From: an uncultured delta proteobacterium
GTDB taxonomy: Bacteria; Desulfobacterota; Binatia; UBA9968
Direction: 5' to 3'
Assembly: GCA_963760795.1 (NCBI GenBank)
Contig: CAVXEP010000035.1
Location: 46,872-110,871 of the forward strand
DNA length: 64,000 nt
In this document: piece by piece, positions 38,012 through 47,291 of the stretch
How the letters are laid out: every line of letters starts with the position of its first letter
Position numbering within the stretch: the stretch's first letter is position 1
Position numbers and translations under genes: made by a program
The notes under the pieces: model-generated
What the model was told of the DNA's origin: nothing
The model's input: the letters and a program-made list of their open reading frames with translations, nothing else
Database searches by the model: none

Positions 38012-38860
38012 ATGCCAGTTGCCAATGTCGATGGGATCGATACTTACTACGAAACTCATGGTTCGGGCACGCCGATTTTGATGTGCGCGCCGGGCGGCTT
38101 CGATGCGACTATGGAAAAATGGCGGGTGGCCAGCGCTTGGACCGGCATTGACGCGATCCAAGCGTTGGCGGCGGCACATACGGTGATTCTCTACGACCGG
38201 CGCGAGTGCGGCCAGTCGGGCGGGCGGGTCGAACGGTTGAGCTGGGTTAGTTATACCAAGCATGGCAAAGCGCTGCTCGATCATTTGAGGATCGATGCGG
38301 CGTGGATCATGGGCGGCTGCATGGGCTGCTCGGTGGCTCTTGCGTTTGGCGTGCATTATCCCCAAGCGACCCGCGGTTTGCTGCTGCACTGGCCGGTGGG
38401 CGGTTATCGTTGGAAGGTCAACAGCCAAGCTCGCTTCATGCGCCACTACGAGTTCGCCAAACAGCATGGCCTCAATGGCGTCGTCGAGCGCGCCCGCGCC
38501 GGCAAAAGTTTTTGGATGGACCCGGAGGCTGGACCTTGGGCCGGTATGATCGCCCGCGATGCCGGCTTCGCGGACCGTTTTTTAGCGCTAGATTTGGAAC
38601 GTTACCTGGGTTTGATTATCACTAGCGGCCGCACCCTGTTTGACCGCGACAGCGCGCCCGGCGCGGAGCCGGAAGAAGTGATGGGGATCAAAGCGCCATC
38701 GCTCATCATCCCGGGCGATGATCAATCCCACGCGACCTCCGGAGCGCATTATCTGCGAGAGCTCTTACCGAAGTCTGAATTCTGGAATGTCATGCCGCCG
38801 GGGCAGACGACGCAGACCGTGGTCGATCGGATTGGCGAATTCTGCCGCAAGTATGATTAA
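38012..38860 (+). CDS. Alpha/beta hydrolase with Cys nucleophile
   Basis: YDRRECGQS, GGCMG elbow, PGDD.SH. Confidence 0.8.
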   Translation: MPVANVDGIDTYYETHGSGTPILMCAPGGFDATMEKWRVASAWTGIDAIQALAAAHTVILYDRRECGQSGGRVERLSWVSYTKHGKALLDHLRIDAAWIMGGCMGCSVALAFGVHYPQATRGLLLHWPVGGYRWKVNSQARFMRHYEFAKQHGLNGVVERARAGKSFWMDPEAGPWAGMIARDAGFADRFLALDLERYLGLIITSGRTLFDRDSAPGAEPEEVMGIKAPSLIIPGDDQSHATSGAHYLRELLPKSEFWNVMPPGQTTQTVVDRIGEFCRKYD

Positions 38861-38959
38861 ATTTTCGTGAACTTGGCTTGTCGAAGTGTGGACCGCTGGG
38901 TTGAAATTTGATAGACAAAATTCACTTCGAATTGTTATTGACCAATCAAGGAGGTAGCG

Positions 38960-39680
38960 ATGGACATTTCCAATTCTACGGTGCAACTCAACACATCCGA
39001 CGGCAAGATGGATGCCTATGTGGCCCAGCCCAAGGCTGGCGGCAGCTATCCCGGCGTGGTGGTTATTCAAGAGGCTTTCGGCATCAACGATCACATGAAG
39101 AAAGTCACGGAGCGGATCGCGGCGGAAGGCTACGTGGCGATCTGTCCGGATATTTTTCATCGCGAGACCGAGCGGGTGATTCCGTTTTCCGATATGGGCA
39201 AGGCGATCGCGGCCATGCAGCGGGTGCAAGACCCCAAGGCGATGGAAGATGTCGGCGCGGCGATCGCCCAGTTGAAATCCCAAGGCAACGTCAAAGCCGG
39301 CTCCCTCGGCGTCGTCGGTTTCTGCATGGGCGGCCGGCTAACCTATTTGACCGCGGCGCATCACGCCAACGACGTGAAGTGCGCGGTGCCCTATTATCCC
39401 GGCGGTATTACGATGGGTAATCCGAGCCCGTTGTCGCGGACCGGCGAGATCAAATGTCCGATGTATTTATTTTTCGGCGCCAAGGATCAGCTGATCCCGC
39501 TGGATCAGGTCAACCAGATCAAGACCGAGCTGACGACGAAAAAAGTCGCCTTTCGAGGTGGAGATATATCCGGAAGCCGGCCACGGCTTTTTCTGCGACG
39601 AGCGTGGCAGTTATCATGAAAAGTCGGCCACCGACGCCTGGGAAAAGACCAAGTCGTTTTTTGCGCAGCATCTGAAATAA
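38960..39680 (+). pseudogene. Dienelactone hydrolase with +1 frameshift near 39552 (pseudogene or sequence error)
   Basis: IQEAFG, GFCMGG; removing one T from gcctttcgag restores AFEVEIYPEAGHGFFCDER...AQHLK* ending at 39680. Confidence 0.85.
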
Positions 39681-39701
39681 ATTCGTTTGGCGCGCTGTCC
39701 G

Positions 39702-39740
39702 AGGGAGAGGAAGGGTTGGTACTTTTCCTCTCCCTTTTTT
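39702..39740 (+). terminator. Intrinsic terminator
   Basis: AGGGAGAGGAAG...TTTTCCTCTCCCT followed by T-tract, just after the restored stop at 39680. Confidence 0.75.
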
Positions 39741-39776
39741 GTTTCTTCGGGCTATTTCGGTTACATTGACGGCATC

Positions 39777-40662
39777 ATGGCAAGAGCGAACAAATCCGAT
39801 CAAGTTAAACTTGCCCTGGTGCAGATGAGCTGCGCCAAGGATCCCGCCGCCAATCTCGCCAAGGCTATGCAACGCATCGAAGCGGCGGCAAAGAAAGGCG
39901 CGCAGATTGTCTGCCTGCAAGAGCTGTTTCGCTCGCGCTACTTTTGCCAAAGCGAGGATCATGGCAATTTCAAGCTAGCGGAATCTATTCCTGGACCGAG
40001 CACCGAATCGTTGGGTGAGGTTGCCCGGCGGAAAAAAGTAGTCATCGTCGCCTCGTTGTTCGAGCGGCGCACAGCTGGGATCTACCATAATACCGCGGTG
40101 GTCATCGATGCGGATGGCTCGCTCGCTGGCAAGTACCGCAAAATGCATATCCCCGACGATCCGCTCTACTACGAAAAGTTCTATTTCACCCCCGGCGATT
40201 TGGGCTTTCCCAGTTTTCAAACGCGTTACGCCAAGATCGCGGTGCTGGTCTGCTGGGACCAGTGGTTTCCCGAAGGGGCGCGGGCGGCGGCGCTTAGCGG
40301 AGCGCAGATCCTGTTTTATCCGACGGCGATTGGCTGGATCCCCAACGAGCCGCGTGTGGCGGCGCAGAATCAACGCAATGCCTGGGAGCTGATACAGCGC
40401 TCCCACGCGATCGCCAACGGCGTCTTTGTCGCCTCGACCAACCGCGTCGGCAGCGAAGGACAAGATCAGGTTCTGGGGCAACTCCTTTGTCGCTGGGCCG
40501 TTGGGAGAGCTTGTTGCCCATGCTGGCGACACGCGCGAAGAAATACTGATCGCTAAATGCGATCTCGCTAAGATCGAAGAGACGCGCCAAGCCTGGCCGT
40601 TTCTGCGCGACCGGCGCATCGACGCCTATGGCGCCCTGCTGACGCGTTCCCTCGATCGTTAA
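39777..40662 (+). pseudogene. aguB: N-carbamoylputrescine amidase-like carbon-nitrogen hydrolase with +1 frameshift near 40460
   Basis: LQELF..YFCQ, YRKMHIPDDP.YYEKFYF.PGD, CWDQWFPE; C-terminus KIRFWGNSF...WPFLRDRR continues in another frame. Confidence 0.85.
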
Positions 40663-40690
40663 TGACTTCCAGCTCGAACAACGCTATTCC

Positions 40691-41755
40691 ATGGCGCATT
40701 CCTTCCCGAGTTCATCCACACCTGCAGCTCTGGGCTACGCTATGCCAGCCGAATGGGCTGCGCATCGCGCCACTTGGCTCTCTTGGCCGGATAATTTAGA
40801 AACTTGGCCGACCTACTTGGAAAAAGTTCGGGAGATTTGGCTGCGGATGGTCGCGGCGCTGTCACCCCATGAGCAGGTGTTTTTGCTGGTCAATGATGCC
40901 ACGGTCAAACAGGAAGTGACGGCACGACTGAACGGCGCCAAAGCGGCGATCGCCAACGTGACGCTGCTGGCGATCCCGACGGTCGATGTCTGGATGCGCG
41001 ATTACGGACCGACGTTTGTTACCCGGAATTCAGCGGAGCGGCCGTTGGCGTGCAACGATTGGATCTTCAACGGCTGGGGCGGCAAGTACCCGGCCTATGA
41101 TGAGGACGAGCGGGTCGCGCGTGCGATCGCGGAGCTTTTACAAGTGCCGGTGTTCGACCACAAGCTGATCCTCGAAGGCGGTTCCATCGAAGTAAACGGC
41201 GCGGGCAGCTGTCTGACCACCGAGCAGTGTTTGCTCAACCCGAATCGTAACCCAGAGTTGAGCCGCACGCAGATCGAAGAGTTTCTCAAAGCCTCGCTTG
41301 GGGTGCGCCATATCCTCTGGCTCGGCGATGGTATCGTCGGCGACGATACCGACGGCCATATCGACGACATCGCGCGCTTCGTCAATCCGACGACCGTTGC
41401 CTGTATTACTGAGGCGAATACGCAAGACGATAATTACCGCTGCTTGCGAGAAAACCATGAGCGCCTGCAGAGCGCGCGCGACCAGGACGGTCGGAAATTA
41501 GATATTATCTCCTTGCCCTGTCCGGCGCCGCTTTTCTCCGCCGGCGCGCGCCTGCCGGCGAGCTACGCCAATTTTTACATTGCCAATGAAGTCGTGCTCG
41601 TGCCGGTGTTCGACGATGCCAACGACAAACTAGCCTTGGGAATATTGCAGGAGTGTTTTCCCAAGCGCAAAATAATCGCTCTGCGCTGCAATGAAGTGGT
41701 GGCCGGCTTGGGCGCGATCCACTGCGTGACCCAGCAGGAGCCGGCGGTGCGCTGA
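40691..41755 (+). CDS. aguA: Agmatine deiminase family protein
   Basis: MPAEW, WMRDYGP, LEGGSI, DDTDGHIDD, PASYANF, GAIHCVTQQ. Confidence 0.92.
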   Translation: MAHSFPSSSTPAALGYAMPAEWAAHRATWLSWPDNLETWPTYLEKVREIWLRMVAALSPHEQVFLLVNDATVKQEVTARLNGAKAAIANVTLLAIPTVDVWMRDYGPTFVTRNSAERPLACNDWIFNGWGGKYPAYDEDERVARAIAELLQVPVFDHKLILEGGSIEVNGAGSCLTTEQCLLNPNRNPELSRTQIEEFLKASLGVRHILWLGDGIVGDDTDGHIDDIARFVNPTTVACITEANTQDDNYRCLRENHERLQSARDQDGRKLDIISLPCPAPLFSAGARLPASYANFYIANEVVLVPVFDDANDKLALGILQECFPKRKIIALRCNEVVAGLGAIHCVTQQEPAVR

Positions 41756-41789
41756 CCAACTTGACCGCTGCGATTTCTTTGCCAGGGCC

Positions 41790-41817
41790 TTGACTATTTT
41801 TCACGCTACCCTATCCT
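41790..41817 (+). promoter_or_regulatory. sigma70-type promoter, near-leaderless transcript
   Basis: TTGACT-16 bp-TATCCT ending 10 nt before ATG 41828; no SD sequence. Confidence 0.5.
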
Positions 41818-41827
41818 GGCCGCTGCT

Positions 41828-42040
41828 ATGGGTCAGATCATTCAACTCCAGGAGCTGCACCAAGCCCGCCGGCGCAAGTCGGAAAAGGTCAGCATGCATC
41901 AATGCCTCGAGCTTTTGGAATGGAATTTGAAAAAGAGCGTCGATGACTATTTCGCCGCGCCACGAGAAGAACGATCCATGCGCGCAACCCAAATCCGCAA
42001 GCTCAGCGAAATCCTCGAATACGCGCTGAGACTGCTCTAG
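41828..42040 (+). CDS. Small helical hypothetical protein
   Basis: 70 aa ORF with genome-typical codon use, own promoter candidate, 19 nt before rmuC. Confidence 0.65.
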   Translation: MGQIIQLQELHQARRRKSEKVSMHQCLELLEWNLKKSVDDYFAAPREERSMRATQIRKLSEILEYALRLL

Positions 42041-42059
42041 AGCCCCGCCACGGTTAGTC

Positions 42060-43187
42060 GTGGATTTTGCCCATCTCTTAGTTCCGCTGGTTATCTTCGT
42101 AGCCGGGTCGATAGCGCTTGGCTGGTTTTTCCTCAGCCGTTTGCGCACGTTCCTTCAGGATAAATCGGCAGATCAGTCGTTGCTGCTGATGCAGCAGCAG
42201 ATCGATCAACTGCGCTCGCAGTTGAGTTCGACTCTCGATAACAATGCTCGGTCATTGCAACAGCAGTTGGGCCAAATGATCGCTCAGGTCAACGAGCGGC
42301 TGAAGGAAAACGCTCAGGTGCTCAACGACACTCAGCAGAGCCTGGGCGAGCGGCTCGATAACGCGGCGCGGGTGGTTGGCAGCGTGCAGAAAAGCCTCGG
42401 CGGCCTCGAAGAGGCGAATCGGCGCATCTATGAAGTCGGCAAGGATATCTCGTCGTTGCAGGAGATCCTGCGGGCGCCCAAGCTGCGCGGCGGGCTCGGC
42501 GAATTCTTCCTCGAGGACTTGCTCGGGCAGATTCTGCCGCCGCAACATTTCTCGATCCAGCATGGCTTTCGCAGCGGTGAGAAAGTCGACGCGGTGATCA
42601 AGCTGGGCGCCTCCCTGGTGCCGGTGGACGCGAAGTTCCCCTTGGAAAATTTCAAACGCTTGCTGGAGGCGACGAGCGACGATGAGCGCAGCCGAGCCAA
42701 GAGACAATTCACGGCCGATGTGCGTAGGCATATTGACGCCATCGCGGCTAAGTATATTCTTCCCGATGAGGGGACCTACGATTTTGCGCTAATGTATATT
42801 CCGGCGGAAAATGTTTACTACGAAACGGTCATCAAGGACGAAGCCGCCGACGAGCGCAATCTGTGCCAGTATGCCATGAGTAAAAGGGTGATTCCGGTAT
42901 CGCCCAATAGTTTCTACGCCTACTTGCAGGCCATCGTCTTGGGTCTCAAAGGCATGCGCATCGAAGATCGCACCAAAGAAATAATTGAGTACTTGGGCCG
43001 GCTGCAGGGAGACTTCACCAAGTTTCGCGACGAATTCGTCGTCCTCGGCAAACACATAAACCATGCCCAGTCGAGTTATCAGAGCGCCGACAAGCGGCTC
43101 GAACAGTTCAGCCAGAAATTTTTCGCCGCGGAGTCGGCGCAGAGCGAGCTATTTGAAGCTAGCACCACCGGCGCTAAGACCGACTAA
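42060..43187 (+). CDS. rmuC: DNA recombination protein RmuC
   Basis: N-terminal TM, coiled coil, PKLRGGLGE, VDAKFP, KYI.P..T.DFA.MYIP.E. Confidence 0.92.
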   Translation: MDFAHLLVPLVIFVAGSIALGWFFLSRLRTFLQDKSADQSLLLMQQQIDQLRSQLSSTLDNNARSLQQQLGQMIAQVNERLKENAQVLNDTQQSLGERLDNAARVVGSVQKSLGGLEEANRRIYEVGKDISSLQEILRAPKLRGGLGEFFLEDLLGQILPPQHFSIQHGFRSGEKVDAVIKLGASLVPVDAKFPLENFKRLLEATSDDERSRAKRQFTADVRRHIDAIAAKYILPDEGTYDFALMYIPAENVYYETVIKDEAADERNLCQYAMSKRVIPVSPNSFYAYLQAIVLGLKGMRIEDRTKEIIEYLGRLQGDFTKFRDEFVVLGKHINHAQSSYQSADKRLEQFSQKFFAAESAQSELFEASTTGAKTD

Positions 43188-43196
43188 CGAACCGCC

Positions 43197-44642
43197 ATGC
43201 ATTTGAGTTTGTTTTCCCGTCTGACGGTCGGCTATCTGGCGATCTTTGCGATCGTCGCGGCGGCGAGCACCTACGCGATCGTCGAGCTGACCGTTTTCGG
43301 CAACCAGGCCGAGTCGATCCTGCGGATCGACAATCGCGTGCTCGACCATGAAAAGTTTCTCACCGATCTGTTGCTGGCGCAGAGCCGGGCGGAGCAGAAG
43401 TATGTCATTAGCCGCGACGAGGCCTGGTATCTGCAATTCGTGCGTTTGAAGATCGATTTCGAAGCCCGTGCCGAGAGCGCGGCGTCGGTCGCGGACGTTT
43501 TGGCCAAACCGATTTTGTTACGGGTACGAAATAACCATCGGCGTTACGTGGATTTGCTCGACCGCGAGGCGCGCCTGGTGCGTACCAGAAAAGAATATCC
43601 GCAAGCGCAGTTCAAGCAGGACAAAGATAATCTGGTCGACGCCATGTTGGACGAGCTGGAGCGCTTGCGCGCCAATCAGCAGGTGGCGACCTACGCCAAG
43701 GTCAAAGATTTGGCCGCGGCGGCGGCGCAAGCTCGGGAGGCCTCGTTGTCGATTACCGCGGGTTGTCTGTTGATGATCGTTCTGATGTCTTTGTTGATCA
43801 CCAAGAGCATTACCCGGCCACTAGCGGCGCTCAAAGCGAAGACTCAAGAAATTGCCCGCGGCAATTTCGATAATCCCGTTCAGGTCAAGTCGCCTCAGGA
43901 GATTGGCGAACTGGCGGTGGCGCTCAATTCGATGAGTGAGCGGCTGAAAGAGCTCGACCATATGAAGGCGGATTTTTTTGCAGCCATGTCCCATGAGCTG
44001 CGCACGCCTTTGACCTCGATCAAAGAGGGCACCGGGCTTTTGCTCGACGGTGTCGGCGGGGCGACCACCGAGAAACAGCAAAAATTGCTCGGTATCATCG
44101 CCGAGGAAAGCAACCGTCTGATCAGCCTGGTCAATACTTTCCTCGATCTGGCGAAAATGGAAGCCGGCATGATGCGTTACGAGTTCGAGATGAGCCCCAT
44201 CGATCCCTTGATCAAACGCGCGGTCGCGGAAATTACGCCGTTAGTGGAAGCCAAGCAGATTCATTTTGAAAGCGCGCTGGATGGGCCGATGCCGGCGCTG
44301 CGGCTCGATCCCGAGAGGATGTTACAAGTGCTGCGCAACCTGATGGGCAATGCCGTCAAGTTCACGCCCACAGGCGGGCAAGTGTCGATCGCGGTTAAAC
44401 GCCGCGATGGCATCCTGGAAGTTTCTGTGAAAGACTCCGGTCCGGGCATCCCAGCGGAGAGTCTCGAATCGATCTTCGAAAAATTCAGCCAAGGTAGCCA
44501 CGCCGGCGCGAATCACCGTCAAGGCACAGGACTGGGTTTGGCGATAGCCAAAAATATAATTTCATCGCATGGTGGAAACATATGGGCGGAAAGCCAATCG
44601 GGCAGTGGCAGCAAATTTGTATTTGTTTTGCCCTGCTGCTAA
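43197..44642 (+). CDS. Sensor histidine kinase (2 TM, HAMP, HisKA, HATPase), GlrK/QseE-like
   Basis: MSHELRTPLTSIKEG, NL.GNAVKF, DSGPGI, GTGLGL. Confidence 0.92.
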   Translation: MHLSLFSRLTVGYLAIFAIVAAASTYAIVELTVFGNQAESILRIDNRVLDHEKFLTDLLLAQSRAEQKYVISRDEAWYLQFVRLKIDFEARAESAASVADVLAKPILLRVRNNHRRYVDLLDREARLVRTRKEYPQAQFKQDKDNLVDAMLDELERLRANQQVATYAKVKDLAAAAAQAREASLSITAGCLLMIVLMSLLITKSITRPLAALKAKTQEIARGNFDNPVQVKSPQEIGELAVALNSMSERLKELDHMKADFFAAMSHELRTPLTSIKEGTGLLLDGVGGATTEKQQKLLGIIAEESNRLISLVNTFLDLAKMEAGMMRYEFEMSPIDPLIKRAVAEITPLVEAKQIHFESALDGPMPALRLDPERMLQVLRNLMGNAVKFTPTGGQVSIAVKRRDGILEVSVKDSGPGIPAESLESIFEKFSQGSHAGANHRQGTGLGLAIAKNIISSHGGNIWAESQSGSGSKFVFVLPCC

Positions 44643-45190
44643 TCGTTACGGGCTGCGGTCTGTTTCCGGAATCGAATCGGCGCTGGGAGTTGCGAGAAGC
44701 GTTGACCCAAGGGCATCAGTTGCTCGCCCGCGGCGACTTCGACGGTTCGCTCGAGGCCTTTAAAAACGTTATCGTCATCGCGAAAGATCAGCCGCCGGCG
44801 GATTCGGCGAACTACTATATCGGCGTCCTGTACGCGCACCAGCAGAATCCACGAAAGGACCGGCAGAAGGCGGTCGGTTCATTCGAGCGTGTGGTGACGC
44901 GTTATCCCGAGAGCCCATTGGTCGAACCGGCCAAGGCCTGGATCGGCGCCCTCAACGAAATCGACGCGACAAAGCAGGAAATTGAGCGAACAAAACTCGA
45001 GGTTGAGAAGTCTAAGCAGGAAATTGAAAAGTCTCGGCTCGCCGCCGACCGGACCAAACAAGAGATCGAAAAGTCCCGCGTGGAACTCGAAAGATACCGG
45101 CAAGAAATCGAAAAGATCAAACAGGAGATCGAAAAATCCAAGCAAGTGGATATTGAGATCGAGAAAAAGCGGCGAGTGCGGGGCAGATGA
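44582..45190 (+). CDS. TPR + coiled-coil lipoprotein, QseG-like position
   Basis: Lipobox VTGC, TPR-like helices (YYIG.LY...NP.KD...A...F...YPES), about 9 heptads of KQEIEKS type; between kinase and regulator. Confidence 0.75.
   Translation: MGGKPIGQWQQICICFALLLIVTGCGLFPESNRRWELREALTQGHQLLARGDFDGSLEAFKNVIVIAKDQPPADSANYYIGVLYAHQQNPRKDRQKAVGSFERVVTRYPESPLVEPAKAWIGALNEIDATKQEIERTKLEVEKSKQEIEKSRLAADRTKQEIEKSRVELERYRQEIEKIKQEIEKSKQVDIEIEKKRRVRGR
44971..45160 (+). repeat. 21-nt (heptad) degenerate coding repeats
   Basis: aagcaggaaattgagcgaaca / aagcaggaaattgaaaagtct / aaacaagagatcgaaaagtcc / aaacaggagatcgaaaaatcc. Confidence 0.8.
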
Positions 45191-45197
45191 GGATTCC

Positions 45198-46625
45198 ATG
45201 ATCAAAGGCAAAATTTTAGTCGTCGACGATAATTCGAATCTTCTTGAGCTGATCAGAATGCGACTCGAAGCCGCGGACTATGAGGTCACGGCAATGACCG
45301 ATGAGGATAAGGCGCTCAGCGTATTCAAAGACAAGGCCTTCGACCTTTGCGTCGTCGATCTGATGCTGGCGCAAAGCGATGGTTTGACTTTGATGGAGCA
45401 GTTCAGGCTGATTCATCCGGATATTCCGACGATTATTTTGACCGCCCATGGCAGCATCGAAAACGCCGTCGAGGCGATGCGCCGTGGCGCCTACAGTTAT
45501 TTGACCAAACCCTTCGAGCCGACCGATTTGTTGTTACAGATCCAGCGGGCGTTGGAAAACCGCAATCTGAACTCCGAGATCAAGCGGTTGAAGGACATGC
45601 TCCACGAGCGTTTCGATTTTACCAATATTATCGCGCGCAGCGGTAAGATGCGCGCGATCCTCGATGTGGTCACGCGCATCGCCAAGCTCGACTCGACGGT
45701 CTACATTCACGGCGAAAGCGGCACGGGTAAGGAACTGGTCGCCAAGGCGATCCATCTCGCCAGCGACCGCAAGGACACGACGTTTGTCGCGCTCAACTGC
45801 GCCGCGCTGCCGGAAACGCTCTTGGAAAGCGAATTATTCGGCCATGAAAAGGGTGCCTTCACCGGCGCAGTGCGAAGCACCAAGGGATTGTTTACCCAGG
45901 CCCATGGGGGAACGCTCTTTTTGGACGAGATCGGTGACATGCCGCTGGCGACCCAATCCAAGCTGCTGCGCGCCCTGCAAGAACGGCAATTCTACCCAGT
46001 AGGCAGCGAGGCCCCCGTGGAGGTTGATGTGCGGGTAATCGTCGCTACCAACAAAGATTTGGCCGAGCAGGTAAAAAAAGGTCTATTTCGCGACGACCTA
46101 TATTATCGCATTCACGTCATCCCGATTTATCTGCCGCCTTTGCGCGAACGGAAAGAAGACATTCTGCCGCTGGCCGAGCACTTCTTGAAAACATTTAGCC
46201 AGCAGATGAAACGCGACGTGAAAGGTCTTACTCCGGAAGCGGTGCGCCGGCTTACGCTGCATGAGTGGCCCGGTAACGTGCGTGAGTTGGAGAATACGAT
46301 CGAGTATGCGGTGGCGATGACCCAAAAGGACATGGTCACCGAGGATTACGTCATTCAGGGCAAGCAATCGCCGACGGAACGGGTTGGCGGGTTGCCCATG
46401 GAACGTCACGGTGGGATGAGCGCCGACGCGCTCAGATCGCTCAAGGATGCGCGGGATGCCTTCGAGCGCGACTACCTGGTGCAAGTCCTGTCCATGACCG
46501 AGGGCAATGTCAGCCAAGCCGCCAAGCTGGCGGGCAAATATCGCGCCGATTTCTATGACCTTCTGAAAAAGCACGATCTCAAAGTTGACGAGTTCAAGCG
46601 CGCCAAACCTTCATATCAGCATTAG
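45198..46625 (+). CDS. sigma54-dependent response regulator (REC-AAA+-HTH), GlrR/QseF-like
   Basis: ILVVDD, LTAHGSI, GESGTGKE, GAFTGA, C-terminal FER.YL..VL..T.GNVSQAA.LAG..R..FY.LL..H typical of GlrR; start set at ATG 45198. Confidence 0.9.
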   Translation: MIKGKILVVDDNSNLLELIRMRLEAADYEVTAMTDEDKALSVFKDKAFDLCVVDLMLAQSDGLTLMEQFRLIHPDIPTIILTAHGSIENAVEAMRRGAYSYLTKPFEPTDLLLQIQRALENRNLNSEIKRLKDMLHERFDFTNIIARSGKMRAILDVVTRIAKLDSTVYIHGESGTGKELVAKAIHLASDRKDTTFVALNCAALPETLLESELFGHEKGAFTGAVRSTKGLFTQAHGGTLFLDEIGDMPLATQSKLLRALQERQFYPVGSEAPVEVDVRVIVATNKDLAEQVKKGLFRDDLYYRIHVIPIYLPPLRERKEDILPLAEHFLKTFSQQMKRDVKGLTPEAVRRLTLHEWPGNVRELENTIEYAVAMTQKDMVTEDYVIQGKQSPTERVGGLPMERHGGMSADALRSLKDARDAFERDYLVQVLSMTEGNVSQAAKLAGKYRADFYDLLKKHDLKVDEFKRAKPSYQH

Positions 46626-46778
46626 TTTAATCGGTCTTGGCTGTGATCGATTTGGTTCAGGAGCGCCGCTGGGCGATCGTTAAATCTCGCCATCACGCCC
46701 GACCACGGTCCAAGCCCACTTGCGTGAGTGGGAAGCTCCGTTGACGCGAGCAACCCAGGCAAGTCGAAAAAATAGTTA

Positions 46779-46954
46779 TTTACGTTGGTTTACCCTGGTG
46801 CTGTGGGGACTGCGAGTGTCGTCGTGGTCGGCACCCCTATCAAGGCGGGAATAGGGATGGGAAGGGCGGTTTCAGGTCTCTGAGCCGGAGGTGGTGCCGG
46901 TCATTGCTAATCGCGTGGGTCCGGACTGGGACCAGTAGTGCCGAGAACCAGTAA
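46779..46954 (+). ncRNA. Candidate structured ncRNA
   Basis: Long irregular stem with G-U pairs on the + strand, capped by two hairpins; paired by eye only. Confidence 0.35.
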
Positions 46955-47179
46955 TTTAGCTCAGTTTCTCCTATCGAACAAATTTATCGGAAACTGGGTC
47001 GATTTCGATAGGAAAATCCATGACTACGCGAGCAGTCCGAGAAAAGGTGGCGCATTCGATGGCATGTATAAGCCCATTTACCTTCAGTAGTGTATGAAAA
47101 ACCATTCTCAGCTATGTACTGGTTGGCAGCAAAGAAGTGAAAACGCTGTGATTTTAAATGCTTAGGATTTTTCTGTAGG

Positions 47180-47195
47180 TGGTACGGAATTTGAT
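47180..47195 (+). promoter_or_regulatory. Candidate sigma54 promoter (GA instead of GC at -12)
   Basis: TGGTACG-GAAT-TTGAT about 100 nt before ATG 47292. Confidence 0.45.
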
Positions 47196-47291
47196 TATAG
47201 CTAACTGACAGTAGATGCATAGGAAACTCAATTTGCAAATAGAGTGGCGGGCAAAATGAATAATCGTCACCAACAAACAGGAGGAATTGCT

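Noticed and set aside
44971-45160. Regular 21-nt repeats as a possible CRISPR array
   Set aside because: In-frame coding heptads with synonymous variation and no spacers or cas genes.
47059-47075. TGGCATGTATAAGC as a sigma54 promoter
   Set aside because: GG-to-GC spacing is 9, not the required 10.
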